Source: Dehalococcoidia bacterium (lineage in GTDB: Bacteria; Chloroflexota; Dehalococcoidia; GIF9; UBA5629). From it: a stretch of 64,000 nucleotides of DNA. The stretch is taken from positions 107,474-171,473 of the forward strand of contig JBAZEK010000001.1 in assembly GCA_041653995.1 (NCBI GenBank), given 5' to 3'. Below, one piece after another: positions 31,197-39,685 of this stretch; position 1 is the stretch's first letter, and each line of letters starts with the position of its first letter. The position numbers were made by a program, and so were the translations under genes. The notes under the pieces were generated by a model. That model was not told the DNA's origin, made no database searches, and worked only from the letters and a program-made list of their open reading frames with translations.

Positions 31197-32855
31197 ATGA
31201 CTTTCAAAAAACGCCTGGCTGAAATGCTTGAGCAGGCATTCGCCCGCGCCTGTGAAAAAGGATTGGTGGAGAAGTCCAGCCTGCCTGATATAACCATAGA
31301 GCGACCTGCCAGACCGGAACACGGGGACTATGCCAGCAGCCTTCCACTCAAGCTGGCGCGGCTGACAGGCACAAAGCCCATGGATATTGCTGCAGCCATA
31401 ATCGAGAATATGCCGAAGGACAGCGATTTTGAGAAAGTCGCCGCGGTGCCGCCCGGGTTCATCAACTTCACATTAAGTCAAAAATGGCTGGCCGGCCAGG
31501 TGGACGTTATCTGCCGGGCCGGAGAAGCCTATGGCAATATACAACTTGAGGATAAAAGCATTCAGATCGAGTTCGTGAGCGGTAACCCGACCGGTCCTTT
31601 GCACGTGGGGCATGGGAGGGGAGCCGTGCTGGGCAGTACGCTGGCCAACGTCCTTAAAGCGGCCGGATACAGGGTGTCCACCGAATATTACATCAACGAT
31701 GCCGGAAGCCAGCTCCAGGCCTTCCACCGGTCGTTATATGCCCGCTACCTGGAGAAGCTGGGCAAAGAGGCCGAGGTACCGGCCAATGGTTACCACGGCC
31801 ACTATCTGGCGAACCTGGCCGGTGATCTGGTCAATCAATACGGGGATAAATTCGCCAATATGCCGGAGGATCGCGCTGTTGAGGAGATCGGCCAAATCGG
31901 TATTGAGAGGGAGATGCAGCAGATCAAACAGGACCTCGAGACGCTGGGAGTGACTTTCGATGTCTGGTTCAGCGAGCAGGGCCTGTTTAAGAGCGGCAGG
32001 TATGACAGCACCATGCAGATGCTGCGCGATGGAAATTATATAGTCGACAGGGAAAATGCAACCTGGTTTACTTCGTCCACATTGGGGGAGGATAAAGATA
32101 ATGTACTGGTGCGTTCCGACGGCACACCCACCTATTTCGCCTCGGATATTGCCTATCATTACGACAAGTTCGCCGTCAGGAAGTTCGACAACGTAATCGA
32201 CATCTGGGGCGCCGATCACCAGGGCCATGTGCAGCGCATGAAGGTAGTATTGAATGCGCTGGGCATCGATCCCGAGAGGCTGGAGATAATCATATGTCAG
32301 CTTGTGATGCTGAGGCGTGGCAAGGAGGCGGTTAAAGTCTCCAAGAGGAGCGGCGATATCATCACACTGCGCGAGCTGCTGGAGGAGGTGGGTCCCGACG
32401 CCTGCCGCTTCGTATTTTTGTCGCGCTCGGCCGACAGCCAGATGGACTTCGACCTGGAGTTGGCCATAAAGCAATCCGCCGACAACCCCGTCTATTACGT
32501 GCAGTACGCGCACGCGCGCATCAGCAGCATTCTGCGCAATGCGGTTGAGAAAGGGATCGATTTCAGTAAAGGCGATACAGGCCTGCTGACGGCCGAGCCC
32601 GAGTTGACGCTGATACGCAGCATGGTCAGGATGCCGGAGATAATCGAGACCGTTGCGGTATCACGTCAGCCGCATCACCTGCCGTTTTATGCCCAGGACC
32701 TGGCCACGGTCTTTCACTCTTTTTATAAACAGTGCCGGGTCATCTCGGAAGACGCCGACCTGACGGCTGCCAGGCTGAAGCTGGTGCTGGCGGCCAGGAC
32801 GGTGCTGGCCGGGACGCTACACCTGATGGGCATGAGCGCGCCGGACAGTATGTAA
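31197..32855 (+). CDS. argS: arginine-tRNA ligase
   Basis: Motifs are SGNPTGPLHVGHGR (HIGH region) and the class-I KMSK-like VSKRSG. The length is 552 aa. Confidence 0.95.
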   Translation: MTFKKRLAEMLEQAFARACEKGLVEKSSLPDITIERPARPEHGDYASSLPLKLARLTGTKPMDIAAAIIENMPKDSDFEKVAAVPPGFINFTLSQKWLAGQVDVICRAGEAYGNIQLEDKSIQIEFVSGNPTGPLHVGHGRGAVLGSTLANVLKAAGYRVSTEYYINDAGSQLQAFHRSLYARYLEKLGKEAEVPANGYHGHYLANLAGDLVNQYGDKFANMPEDRAVEEIGQIGIEREMQQIKQDLETLGVTFDVWFSEQGLFKSGRYDSTMQMLRDGNYIVDRENATWFTSSTLGEDKDNVLVRSDGTPTYFASDIAYHYDKFAVRKFDNVIDIWGADHQGHVQRMKVVLNALGIDPERLEIIICQLVMLRRGKEAVKVSKRSGDIITLRELLEEVGPDACRFVFLSRSADSQMDFDLELAIKQSADNPVYYVQYAHARISSILRNAVEKGIDFSKGDTGLLTAEPELTLIRSMVRMPEIIETVAVSRQPHHLPFYAQDLATVFHSFYKQCRVISEDADLTAARLKLVLAARTVLAGTLHLMGMSAPDSM

Positions 32856-33119
32856 TAAGCCTGTAATTGCGGTGAGCCGAAGCTGCGAGCCGAAGGCGTG
32901 GCAGCCGCAGGGCGCGGCAATCCTGTGTCCCCGAATGGCGGTATCAGGATAGGGCAGGCTTAATCGAGAATCCACTAGTACCTCCGGGCGTTCTGGTTGC
33001 CCCTGGGCGCACTTCTCTGCTTCTTTTCTATCATGAATCACTTTGAGCATGCCGTAGACGATGGTCTTAGCCGCCAGCTCGTAGTTACCTTTCCTGAGCG
33101 CTTTTTCGAGTAAAGACAT
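32817..33119 (-). CDS. doubtful hypothetical protein
   Basis: The N-terminal half (MSLLEKALRKGNYELAAKTIVYGMLKVIHDRKEAEK) looks protein-like. The C-terminal half reads through repeat copy A and into the argS 3' end. Confidence 0.25.
   Translation of the reverse strand: MSLLEKALRKGNYELAAKTIVYGMLKVIHDRKEAEKCAQGQPERPEVLVDSRLSLPYPDTAIRGHRIAAPCGCHAFGSQLRLTAITGLLHTVRRAHAHQV
32866..32928. repeat. REP/MITE-like element, degenerate solo copy A
   Basis: The sequence is ATTGCGGTGAGCCGAAGC-TGCGAGCCGAAGGCGTGGCA-GCCGCAGGGCGCGGCAATC-CTGTGT. It shares the ATTGCG...GGCAATCCTGTG frame with copies B and C. It lies 11 nt after the argS stop. Confidence 0.7.
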
Positions 33120-33411
33120 AGCCGTTGGATATCATGATAGTACACATGCGTTGATTAAAAAAGAGGGTTTTGTCAGGGTGGGGGGGGAGGCGGAAAAGAT
33201 TTAAACAAATTTCAGATAAGCGTTGCTAATTATTATGAAAAGAGATTAGAATATCCGAGATGAAGGGTCGTAAAGGTATGAATGCGGCATTGCTGGTTAC
33301 TAATTCGCGAAATAGACGATTCAGAATATGAGCTCTCCTTACACTGTATGGCTGCAATAAAGTATTTACCTCATTCATACAGAAAACAACACAACGGAGG
33401 ATTGAATAATA

Positions 33412-35034
33412 ATGAGAGCGGCGATATTATTAAGCGTTGCAGCAGTATTTCTTTTAGGGATAATTGCGGGTGGCATTACGGGGTGGTGTTTAGCTGAAGG
33501 AAACGGATCATCAAGCGTACCAGGGCTTATCAATTATCAGGGGACATTAACCAATCCAGCTACAGGAAATCCTGTACCGAATAATCAATATCAAATGACC
33601 TTCTCGATTTATTCTTCAGATACCGGTGGCAGTGCGCTTTGGCAAGAAACCCAGCAGGTAACGGTGCAAAATGGGGTATTTAATGTATTGCTGGGCAGTC
33701 AAAATGCACTTAACGAAAGCATATTTGAAGGCAGTACCAGATACCTCGGAGTTAAAGTGGGCACAGATAACGAGATGACGCCGAGACAACGCCTGACAAC
33801 GGTTCCCTATGCTTTTCAAGCGGAGAATGCACAAACACTTCAGGGATTATCAGCAGATTCTTTTATAAGAGCACCTGCTGTAGCACCGGTAATATCAGGA
33901 ATCACCGTATCCAGTATCTCTTCATCAAGTGCTGTTATAAGTTGGACAACAAATGTAGGAACAAATACAGTTATATTTTATGGCACTACTACATCTTTTG
34001 ACGAGTCAGCTGGACAGCAACTGCTTCTAGTAACCAGTCACAGCATCACTTTGACTTCACTTAATGCTAATACAACATATTACTACAGGATTAAAGCAGA
34101 AGATATATATGGAAATGTGGCTACATCGTCAGTTGCGACATTCACTACTACGACTGGTCCAATACCGCCAACAGTAAATGGAATTTATATAAATTATGAC
34201 TATCGTTTCTCAGTACACTACCCTGAAACATGGACTTCTCAAACTGTGACTCTATCCGGAGGCGTCTTCTATGCAAAGGATGATGACTTGGTTTATATAG
34301 CCGTACGCCCAGCCACTAACTTTGCGGATGCAGCAACATCATTCCTTACTGACCTGATTGCTTCCTCTGGTGCTGCCTTTTCTCCCAGCGTTGAGAGTGA
34401 AACTACTATAACGCTGGACGATGGTACAACGCAAGCCAATCAAATAGTTTTTTCTGCTGCTTTTGGTATGGCCAAGGCGGTCGTCACTGGTGTCTTAAAA
34501 GATGGCAATGCAATCATGGTCTGTGGTGCAAGCGACCCCCAGCATCTTGACCTGTATAAGGCAATAGGGCAATCACTATTTTTTTGGACTGCTGGACCAT
34601 ATATCGGAGACATGGCACCAGATTTCACCTTGAGATGCATTGATGGTAGCCAGGTGACTTTGAGCAATCTCCGGGGGAAGAAGGTAATTATTAACTTCTG
34701 GAATCTGAACTGTCATTTCAGCATGGAGGAGATGCCCGATTTTCAGACCGTGCGTGATAATCATCCCGAAAGCAGTGTGGCCATGCTGATTATCAACAGC
34801 GCTGCCGCCGGATTCCCCGCCAACAGCGATCTAGCCGTTGGAGCTGCTGTTGCAACTGGAGGCTGGACTTTTACAGTCCCGCTGGACGACTCCGGCGCCG
34901 TTGCCCAGGCCTATGACGTGACCAGTGGTATACCGGTGACCTTTTTCATCGACTCCGGCGGAATCATAAGGGCCAAGCAGGATGGTAAATTCAGCGACGC
35001 CGCCGCCATTGAGGCCATGCTGAGCTCTTATTAA
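33412..35034 (+). CDS. membrane-anchored surface protein: beta-rich N-domain, fibronectin type III domain, and a TlpA/redoxin-like C-domain with a CxxS motif
   Basis: GGAGGA lies upstream and the N-terminus is a TM segment. The FN3-like block is VISGITVSSISSSSAVISWTT...NTTYYYRIKAEDIYGN. The redoxin block is APDFTL...KKVIINFWNLNCHFSMEEMP. Confidence 0.85.
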   Translation: MRAAILLSVAAVFLLGIIAGGITGWCLAEGNGSSSVPGLINYQGTLTNPATGNPVPNNQYQMTFSIYSSDTGGSALWQETQQVTVQNGVFNVLLGSQNALNESIFEGSTRYLGVKVGTDNEMTPRQRLTTVPYAFQAENAQTLQGLSADSFIRAPAVAPVISGITVSSISSSSAVISWTTNVGTNTVIFYGTTTSFDESAGQQLLLVTSHSITLTSLNANTTYYYRIKAEDIYGNVATSSVATFTTTTGPIPPTVNGIYINYDYRFSVHYPETWTSQTVTLSGGVFYAKDDDLVYIAVRPATNFADAATSFLTDLIASSGAAFSPSVESETTITLDDGTTQANQIVFSAAFGMAKAVVTGVLKDGNAIMVCGASDPQHLDLYKAIGQSLFFWTAGPYIGDMAPDFTLRCIDGSQVTLSNLRGKKVIINFWNLNCHFSMEEMPDFQTVRDNHPESSVAMLIINSAAAGFPANSDLAVGAAVATGGWTFTVPLDDSGAVAQAYDVTSGIPVTFFIDSGGIIRAKQDGKFSDAAAIEAMLSSY

Positions 35035-35117
35035 AGAATATATGCATTAATTAGGATGATCTTTTCTCTTACCCGCTTGAAGAAGCGTTAATTGGTGATT
35101 GCTATTAGGCTCATAAT

Positions 35118-35849
35118 ATGAAAATTGTCATCATAACCCTGATTTGCCTAGCAATTGGCGCACTTGCTGCTGGAGAAGCATTGGCAGTGGCTTCTACCAT
35201 TACTCCAGGATTAGTTTCAAGTAGTGGCGGCACTAGCAATTCTGCTAGCTACTCTGTTAATGGCATAGCTGGACAACCTGCTACAGGCTTGTCTCAAAGC
35301 CAGAATTTCGGCATATTTGCCGGTTTTATCACAGGTATGGAGTATCCAAGTCAACCTCCACCTTTCCCTACAACTACTAATATACTAACACCAGAAATAT
35401 CAACCATGATTTCGACTACACCACATGGTTCATCAATGCCAGCTACGATAGCACCTGCTCCGATGCAATTGCCAAATCTATTAGTTCAGAGCGCATCGCT
35501 ATCCACATCAAAAGTATTACCGGGGACACTTGTAACGGTAACCGCTAATATTGCCAACAAGGGAACTGTCAACGGGTCAACCAGGATAAAGCTATATGTC
35601 AACGGCGAGGAGGATTCCAGCCAGGGCGTCACAGTGGAAAGCGGCGGCAGCCGGCAGGTTTACTTTACAGTGAATAGAAGCCAGCCGGGAACCTATGACG
35701 TGTACGTAGGCGGTGTACAGGCCGGCACCTTTATGGTCGAGAATGAAATAGATCCAAATATCATCCTCTTATGCAGCTGCACATTAATATTGATTTCCCT
35801 TGCACTTGGTATAGTTTATGTACTGAGGCGGCGGAATTACAGTTATTGA
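35118..35849 (+). CDS. surface protein with signal peptide, CARDB-like domain and C-terminal TM anchor
   Basis: The signal peptide is MKIVIITLICLAIGALAAGEALA. The CARDB-like block is LPGTLVTVTANIANKGTVNGSTRIKLYVNGEE. The C-terminal hydrophobic segment is followed by RRRNYSY. Confidence 0.8.
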   Translation: MKIVIITLICLAIGALAAGEALAVASTITPGLVSSSGGTSNSASYSVNGIAGQPATGLSQSQNFGIFAGFITGMEYPSQPPPFPTTTNILTPEISTMISTTPHGSSMPATIAPAPMQLPNLLVQSASLSTSKVLPGTLVTVTANIANKGTVNGSTRIKLYVNGEEDSSQGVTVESGGSRQVYFTVNRSQPGTYDVYVGGVQAGTFMVENEIDPNIILLCSCTLILISLALGIVYVLRRRNYSY

Positions 35850-35857
35850 GTATTTGT

Positions 35858-35944
35858 ACTATTGCGAGCGAAGCGAAGCAATCCTGTGTTTGATATAGAG
35901 GCAACACCAGATTGCCGCGTCGCCTGCGGGCTCCTCGCAATGAC
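35858..35944. repeat. REP/MITE-like palindromic element, copy B (two inverted units)
   Basis: Unit 1 is ATTGCGAGCGAAGCGAAGCAATC (35861-35883). A 26-nt spacer follows. Unit 2 is GATTGCCGCGTCGCCTGCGGGCTCCTCGCAATGAC (35910-35944), the reverse complement of copy C unit 1 apart from a 1-nt indel. Confidence 0.85.
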
Positions 35945-35974
35945 ATTATTTTTGTGTTAAACTTTCCCCCTGTT

Positions 35975-36958
35975 ATGAAGAAACGGGTTTTCTCCGGTGC
36001 GCGCCCCACCGGCAGGCAGCACATCGGCAACTATATCGGCGCAATTCAGAACTACGTCAAGCTGCAGGACGATTATGATTGCATCTATTGCATCGTCGAC
36101 CTGCATGCGCTGACAACGCTTGAGAGCACATCCGAGCTCCAGCACAACATCTTCGAGATGACGCTGGACTGGCTGGCCGCCGGCATCGATCCTAAGAGGT
36201 CTATCGTCTTTGTGCAGTCGCACGTTCCCGAGGTGACCGAGCTTTTCACACTGCTGGGCATGCTCACGCCGCTGGGCTGGCTGCTGCGCGTCCCGACCTT
36301 CAAGGAGAAGGCCAGGATGCAGCCGCAGAATGTGAACTACGGCCTGGTCGGGTATCCGGTATTGATGGCTGCCGACATCATGTTATATAAATCGGACGCC
36401 GTTCCCGTGGGAGAGGACCAGCTGCCGCACCTGGAAATGACAAGGGAGATAGTGCGCCGCTTCAACTACATATTCGGCGAAACCTTCCCCGAGCCGCAGG
36501 CCAAGCTGACCAATTATCCCATGGTGCGCGGCCTGGACGGCGGGCAGAAAATGGGCAAGTCATATAACAACCACATCGAGCTGGCGGCGACCCCCGAGGA
36601 GACGCTGGAGCGGGTAAAGACGGCCGTGACCGATCCTGCCAGGCAGCGCCGCAACGATCCGGGGCATCCGGAGGTCTGCAACGTTTTCAGCCTGCAAAAG
36701 TTCTTCAATGCATCACGTGTACAGGAGATCGAGTCGCAGTGCAGGGTGGCGGGGATAGGCTGTGTCGATTGCAAGAAACTGCTGGCGGCCGGGATAAACA
36801 GCAGCCTCAAGGATTTCCGCGAGCGCAGGGCGAAGCTTGAGAAGAACCCGGACCATATTTACGAAATACTGGCCGACGGTGCGAAGCGCGCGCAGGCCAT
36901 AGCAGGAAAGACCATCGGCGAAGTTAAGCTCAAAATGGGCCTCAGCAGGCATGACTGA
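35975..36958 (+). CDS. trpS: tryptophan-tRNA ligase
   Basis: The track ORF start (35912) lies inside the repeat, so I trimmed to the ATG at 35975 (MKKRVFSGARPTGRQHIGNYIGA). The KMSKS-type motif is KMGKS. Confidence 0.95.
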   Translation: MKKRVFSGARPTGRQHIGNYIGAIQNYVKLQDDYDCIYCIVDLHALTTLESTSELQHNIFEMTLDWLAAGIDPKRSIVFVQSHVPEVTELFTLLGMLTPLGWLLRVPTFKEKARMQPQNVNYGLVGYPVLMAADIMLYKSDAVPVGEDQLPHLEMTREIVRRFNYIFGETFPEPQAKLTNYPMVRGLDGGQKMGKSYNNHIELAATPEETLERVKTAVTDPARQRRNDPGHPEVCNVFSLQKFFNASRVQEIESQCRVAGIGCVDCKKLLAAGINSSLKDFRERRAKLEKNPDHIYEILADGAKRAQAIAGKTIGEVKLKMGLSRHD

Positions 36959-37763
36959 GAAGCCGTCTACATCACTCCCTTCATCCTTACAGGGACAATC
37001 CGCCTATCATGTGGCCAGACAGGCAGCCGCCGAAGCAGGCAAGATACTGCGGCAGCGCTTCGGTTTACATAACGCCACAAAGGTCAAAGGCAAGCGCAAT
37101 CTTGTGACCGAAGCCGACCTGCTGTCTGAACAGACCATTATTCGGATCATCAACGCCGCGTTTCCCCAACACGGGATAATGTCCGAGGAAGCAGGGAGCA
37201 GGCGGGAGGGCAGTGAATATACCTGGATCATCGATCCACTGGACGGCACCAACAACTTCCATTTCGGGATTCCCCTGTTCTGTGTAAATATCGCCCTGGC
37301 CCGGCGTGGTGAGGTATTGCTGGGCGTTACCTTCGATCCCATGCGCGATGAGACCTTCCGGGCCGTCAGGGGCAGGGGCGCTTACTTGAACAACAAAAGA
37401 ATCGAGGTGGCGGATGTTGCCGACCTTAATGACGCCGCGGTCGGCGTGGACCTTGGCTACGACGCGGAAAGAAGCAACGATCTATTAGAAACGGCGATGA
37501 AGTTGTGGCCGAAGATACACTGTATGAGATTGATCGGCTCCTCCAGCCTGGGGATGGCCTATGTGGCCGGTGGACGGATGAGCCTTTACTTTCACAGGAG
37601 CCTGTATCCGTGGGATTCGGCCAGCGGACTATTGCTGGTGCGGGAAGCGGGTGGAGAGGTGACAAATTACACGGGACGCCCTGCCACTATTCATGACAGA
37701 GAGATCATAGCGGCCAATCCCCGCCTCGGCCGTGTATTCAGAGACTGGCTGGTTAAAAAGTAG
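36951..37763 (+). CDS. suhB: inositol monophosphatase family protein
   Basis: Motifs are WIIDPLDGTNNF and the WDSASG-type motif YPWDSASG. Confidence 0.85.
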   Translation: MTEKPSTSLPSSLQGQSAYHVARQAAAEAGKILRQRFGLHNATKVKGKRNLVTEADLLSEQTIIRIINAAFPQHGIMSEEAGSRREGSEYTWIIDPLDGTNNFHFGIPLFCVNIALARRGEVLLGVTFDPMRDETFRAVRGRGAYLNNKRIEVADVADLNDAAVGVDLGYDAERSNDLLETAMKLWPKIHCMRLIGSSSLGMAYVAGGRMSLYFHRSLYPWDSASGLLLVREAGGEVTNYTGRPATIHDREIIAANPRLGRVFRDWLVKK

Positions 37764-38957
37764 TTATTTTCTGCGGCGCCGTGCCAGGAACTTCTTGATC
37801 CTTTTGAGGGCCTCTTCGATCTCGGGCATTGAGGTAGCGTAACAGCAGCGAACGTAGCCCTGTCCACATTTCCCGAAAACCGAGCCGGGCACCACGGCCA
37901 CCTTCTCCTCCGTCAGCAAATCCTCGGCAAATTCCTCTGATGTCATGCCGGTGGATGTAATATTGGGGAAGGCGTAGAAGGCGCCCTTCGGTTCGAAGCA
38001 GGAAAGGCCCAGGTCTTTAAATCCCTTGACTATAACACGCCGGCGCCTGTCATATTCGGCCAGCATGTCCTCAACCTCCTGGTTATTGCTGTCCTTCAGT
38101 GCTTCAAGGGCGGCCAGCTGGCCCATGATGGGAGCGCACATCATGGTGTACTGGTGCACCTTGAGCATGGCCTCGGTGATCTCGTCGTTGGCCAGCGAAA
38201 ATCCGACGCGCCATCCTGTCATGGCGAAGGCTTTGGAGAAGCCGCCGATCAGTATGGTCCTGTCTCTCATGCCCGGCAGGCCGGCCATGCAGGTATGCTC
38301 CATGTCATAGGTCAGACGGGCATATATCTCGTCCGAGACCACCAGCAGGTCGTGTTCGACCGCTATTTTCGCTATCTCAAGCAGCAGCTTCCTGGGCATG
38401 ACCGCGCCGGTGGGATTGGAGGGGAAGCTCAGAAGTATGGCCTTGGTCTTGCGTGTCAGCTTCTTTTTGATATCGGCCGGCATTAGCTCAAAATTATTTT
38501 TCTCGTAGGTCGGAACAGGCACCGGCACGCCTCCCGCCAGGGATACGCAAACAGGGTAAGCCACGTAATGCGGATCGGACATGATAACCTCGTCACCCGG
38601 ATCGATAATAGCCCTGAAAGCCAGGTCGAGCGCTTCGCTGCTGCCCGTGGTCACTAAAATCTCCGATTTCGGATCGTAATTGAGGTTATAGAATTTATGG
38701 TGGTATTTTGCTATGCCGTCCCTTAACTCGGGTATGCCCCGGTTGGAGGTGTACATGGTGAATCCCTTCTCGATTGCCGTGATACCGGCCTCGCGCATCG
38801 GCCAGGGTGTCACGAAATCAGGTTCTCCTACACCGAGAGAGATAGCGCCATCCATGTGAGATAGCAGGTCGAAATATTTCCTGATGCCCGATGGTGAGAT
38901 GTCCTGTGCTTTTTGCGATATATAGCTACATTTGTTTTTTTTAATATGATGCGTCAT
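37764..38957 (-). CDS. PLP-dependent aminotransferase, class I/II
   Basis: The PLP-lysine region is GGFSKAFAMTGWRVG, with SFPSNPTG also present. It is paired with the upstream AsnC-type regulator. Confidence 0.9.
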   Translation of the reverse strand: MTHHIKKNKCSYISQKAQDISPSGIRKYFDLLSHMDGAISLGVGEPDFVTPWPMREAGITAIEKGFTMYTSNRGIPELRDGIAKYHHKFYNLNYDPKSEILVTTGSSEALDLAFRAIIDPGDEVIMSDPHYVAYPVCVSLAGGVPVPVPTYEKNNFELMPADIKKKLTRKTKAILLSFPSNPTGAVMPRKLLLEIAKIAVEHDLLVVSDEIYARLTYDMEHTCMAGLPGMRDRTILIGGFSKAFAMTGWRVGFSLANDEITEAMLKVHQYTMMCAPIMGQLAALEALKDSNNQEVEDMLAEYDRRRRVIVKGFKDLGLSCFEPKGAFYAFPNITSTGMTSEEFAEDLLTEEKVAVVPGSVFGKCGQGYVRCCYATSMPEIEEALKRIKKFLARRRRK

Positions 38958-38992
38958 ATGGAGTCTCCTGTAAGAGGTATGATGGGTGGTGA

Positions 38993-39481
38993 TCAGGCTA
39001 CGACGCCCAGCCGCCGGGGCTCACCGTCATCCTCGAATATGACACCGTCCTCTTTGTATTTCTTGAGTATGAAATGGGTTATCGTGCCCTGGACGGTATC
39101 CATAGGCGCCAGTTTTTCGGAGACGAAAATAGCGATCTCCTGCATGGTCTTGCCGGCTATGAGTATGGCCAGGTCGTAGGTGCCGGATGCCAGGAAGACC
39201 GATTTGGCCTGGGGGAAGCGATAGATACGCTCTGCGATGGCGCCGAATCCGGTATCCTTCTGCGGGACTACCTTTACCTCAACCAGCGCCCATACCTGTT
39301 CCTCACCCAGCTTGGACCAGTTGATAACCGTCTTGTATTTAACGATGGTGCCGTCCTTCTCCGCCTTCTTGATTATCTTCTGTACATCATGGACGGGCAC
39401 GCCGGTCATTTCGGCGATCTGGTCGTGGGTCAGCTTGGCATCCTTTTCCAGTGCCTCGAAGATTTTCTTCTCGTTCTCCAT
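38993..39481 (-). CDS. Lrp/AsnC family transcriptional regulator
   Basis: It has an N-terminal HTH (LTHDQIAEMTGVPVHDVQKIIKK) and a C-terminal RAM-like domain. The length is 162 aa. Confidence 0.9.
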   Translation of the reverse strand: MENEKKIFEALEKDAKLTHDQIAEMTGVPVHDVQKIIKKAEKDGTIVKYKTVINWSKLGEEQVWALVEVKVVPQKDTGFGAIAERIYRFPQAKSVFLASGTYDLAILIAGKTMQEIAIFVSEKLAPMDTVQGTITHFILKKYKEDGVIFEDDGEPRRLGVVA

Positions 39482-39579
39482 AACGCCTCCTCGAACAGCC
39501 TGAATTTTCGGGTAAACCGTATTATAACAAAACAGGCAGGCAAAGTAACATAACTATTTATGAGGGGCTCTTTCAACGG

Positions 39580-39665
39580 GTCATTGCGAGGAGCCGCAGG
39601 CGACGCGGCAATCCTGTGCGTGCCTAATAATATTAGATTGCCACGCCCTTCGGACTCGCAATGAC
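39580..39665. repeat. REP/MITE-like palindromic element, copy C (best preserved)
   Basis: Unit 1 is GTCATTGCGAGGAGCCGCAGGCGACGCGGCAATC (39580-39613). A 22-nt AT-rich spacer follows. Unit 2 is GATTGCCACGCCCTTCGGACTCGCAATGAC (39636-39665). The terminal 11-nt arms GTCATTGCGAG / CTCGCAATGAC are perfectly complementary. Confidence 0.85.
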
Positions 39666-39685
39666 GGCAGGACGGAATTGCGTTG

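Noticed and set aside
33282-33497. The 71-aa plus-strand ORF upstream of and overlapping the FN3/redoxin gene.
   Set aside because: It lies in an AT-rich leader, has no ribosome-binding site and overlaps the well-supported start at 33412, which has GGAGGA upstream. It is likely spurious.
35912-35974. The 21-codon N-terminal extension of trpS (MPRRLRAPRNDIIFVLNFPPV).
   Set aside because: It is encoded by the palindromic repeat. TrpS-like sequence begins only at the ATG at 35975.
32866-39665. The repeat copies as a CRISPR array or as transposon ends.
   Set aside because: The units are inverted rather than direct, with at most two per locus. There is no regular spacer periodicity and no cas or transposase genes in the window. 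They are classified as REP/MITE-like.
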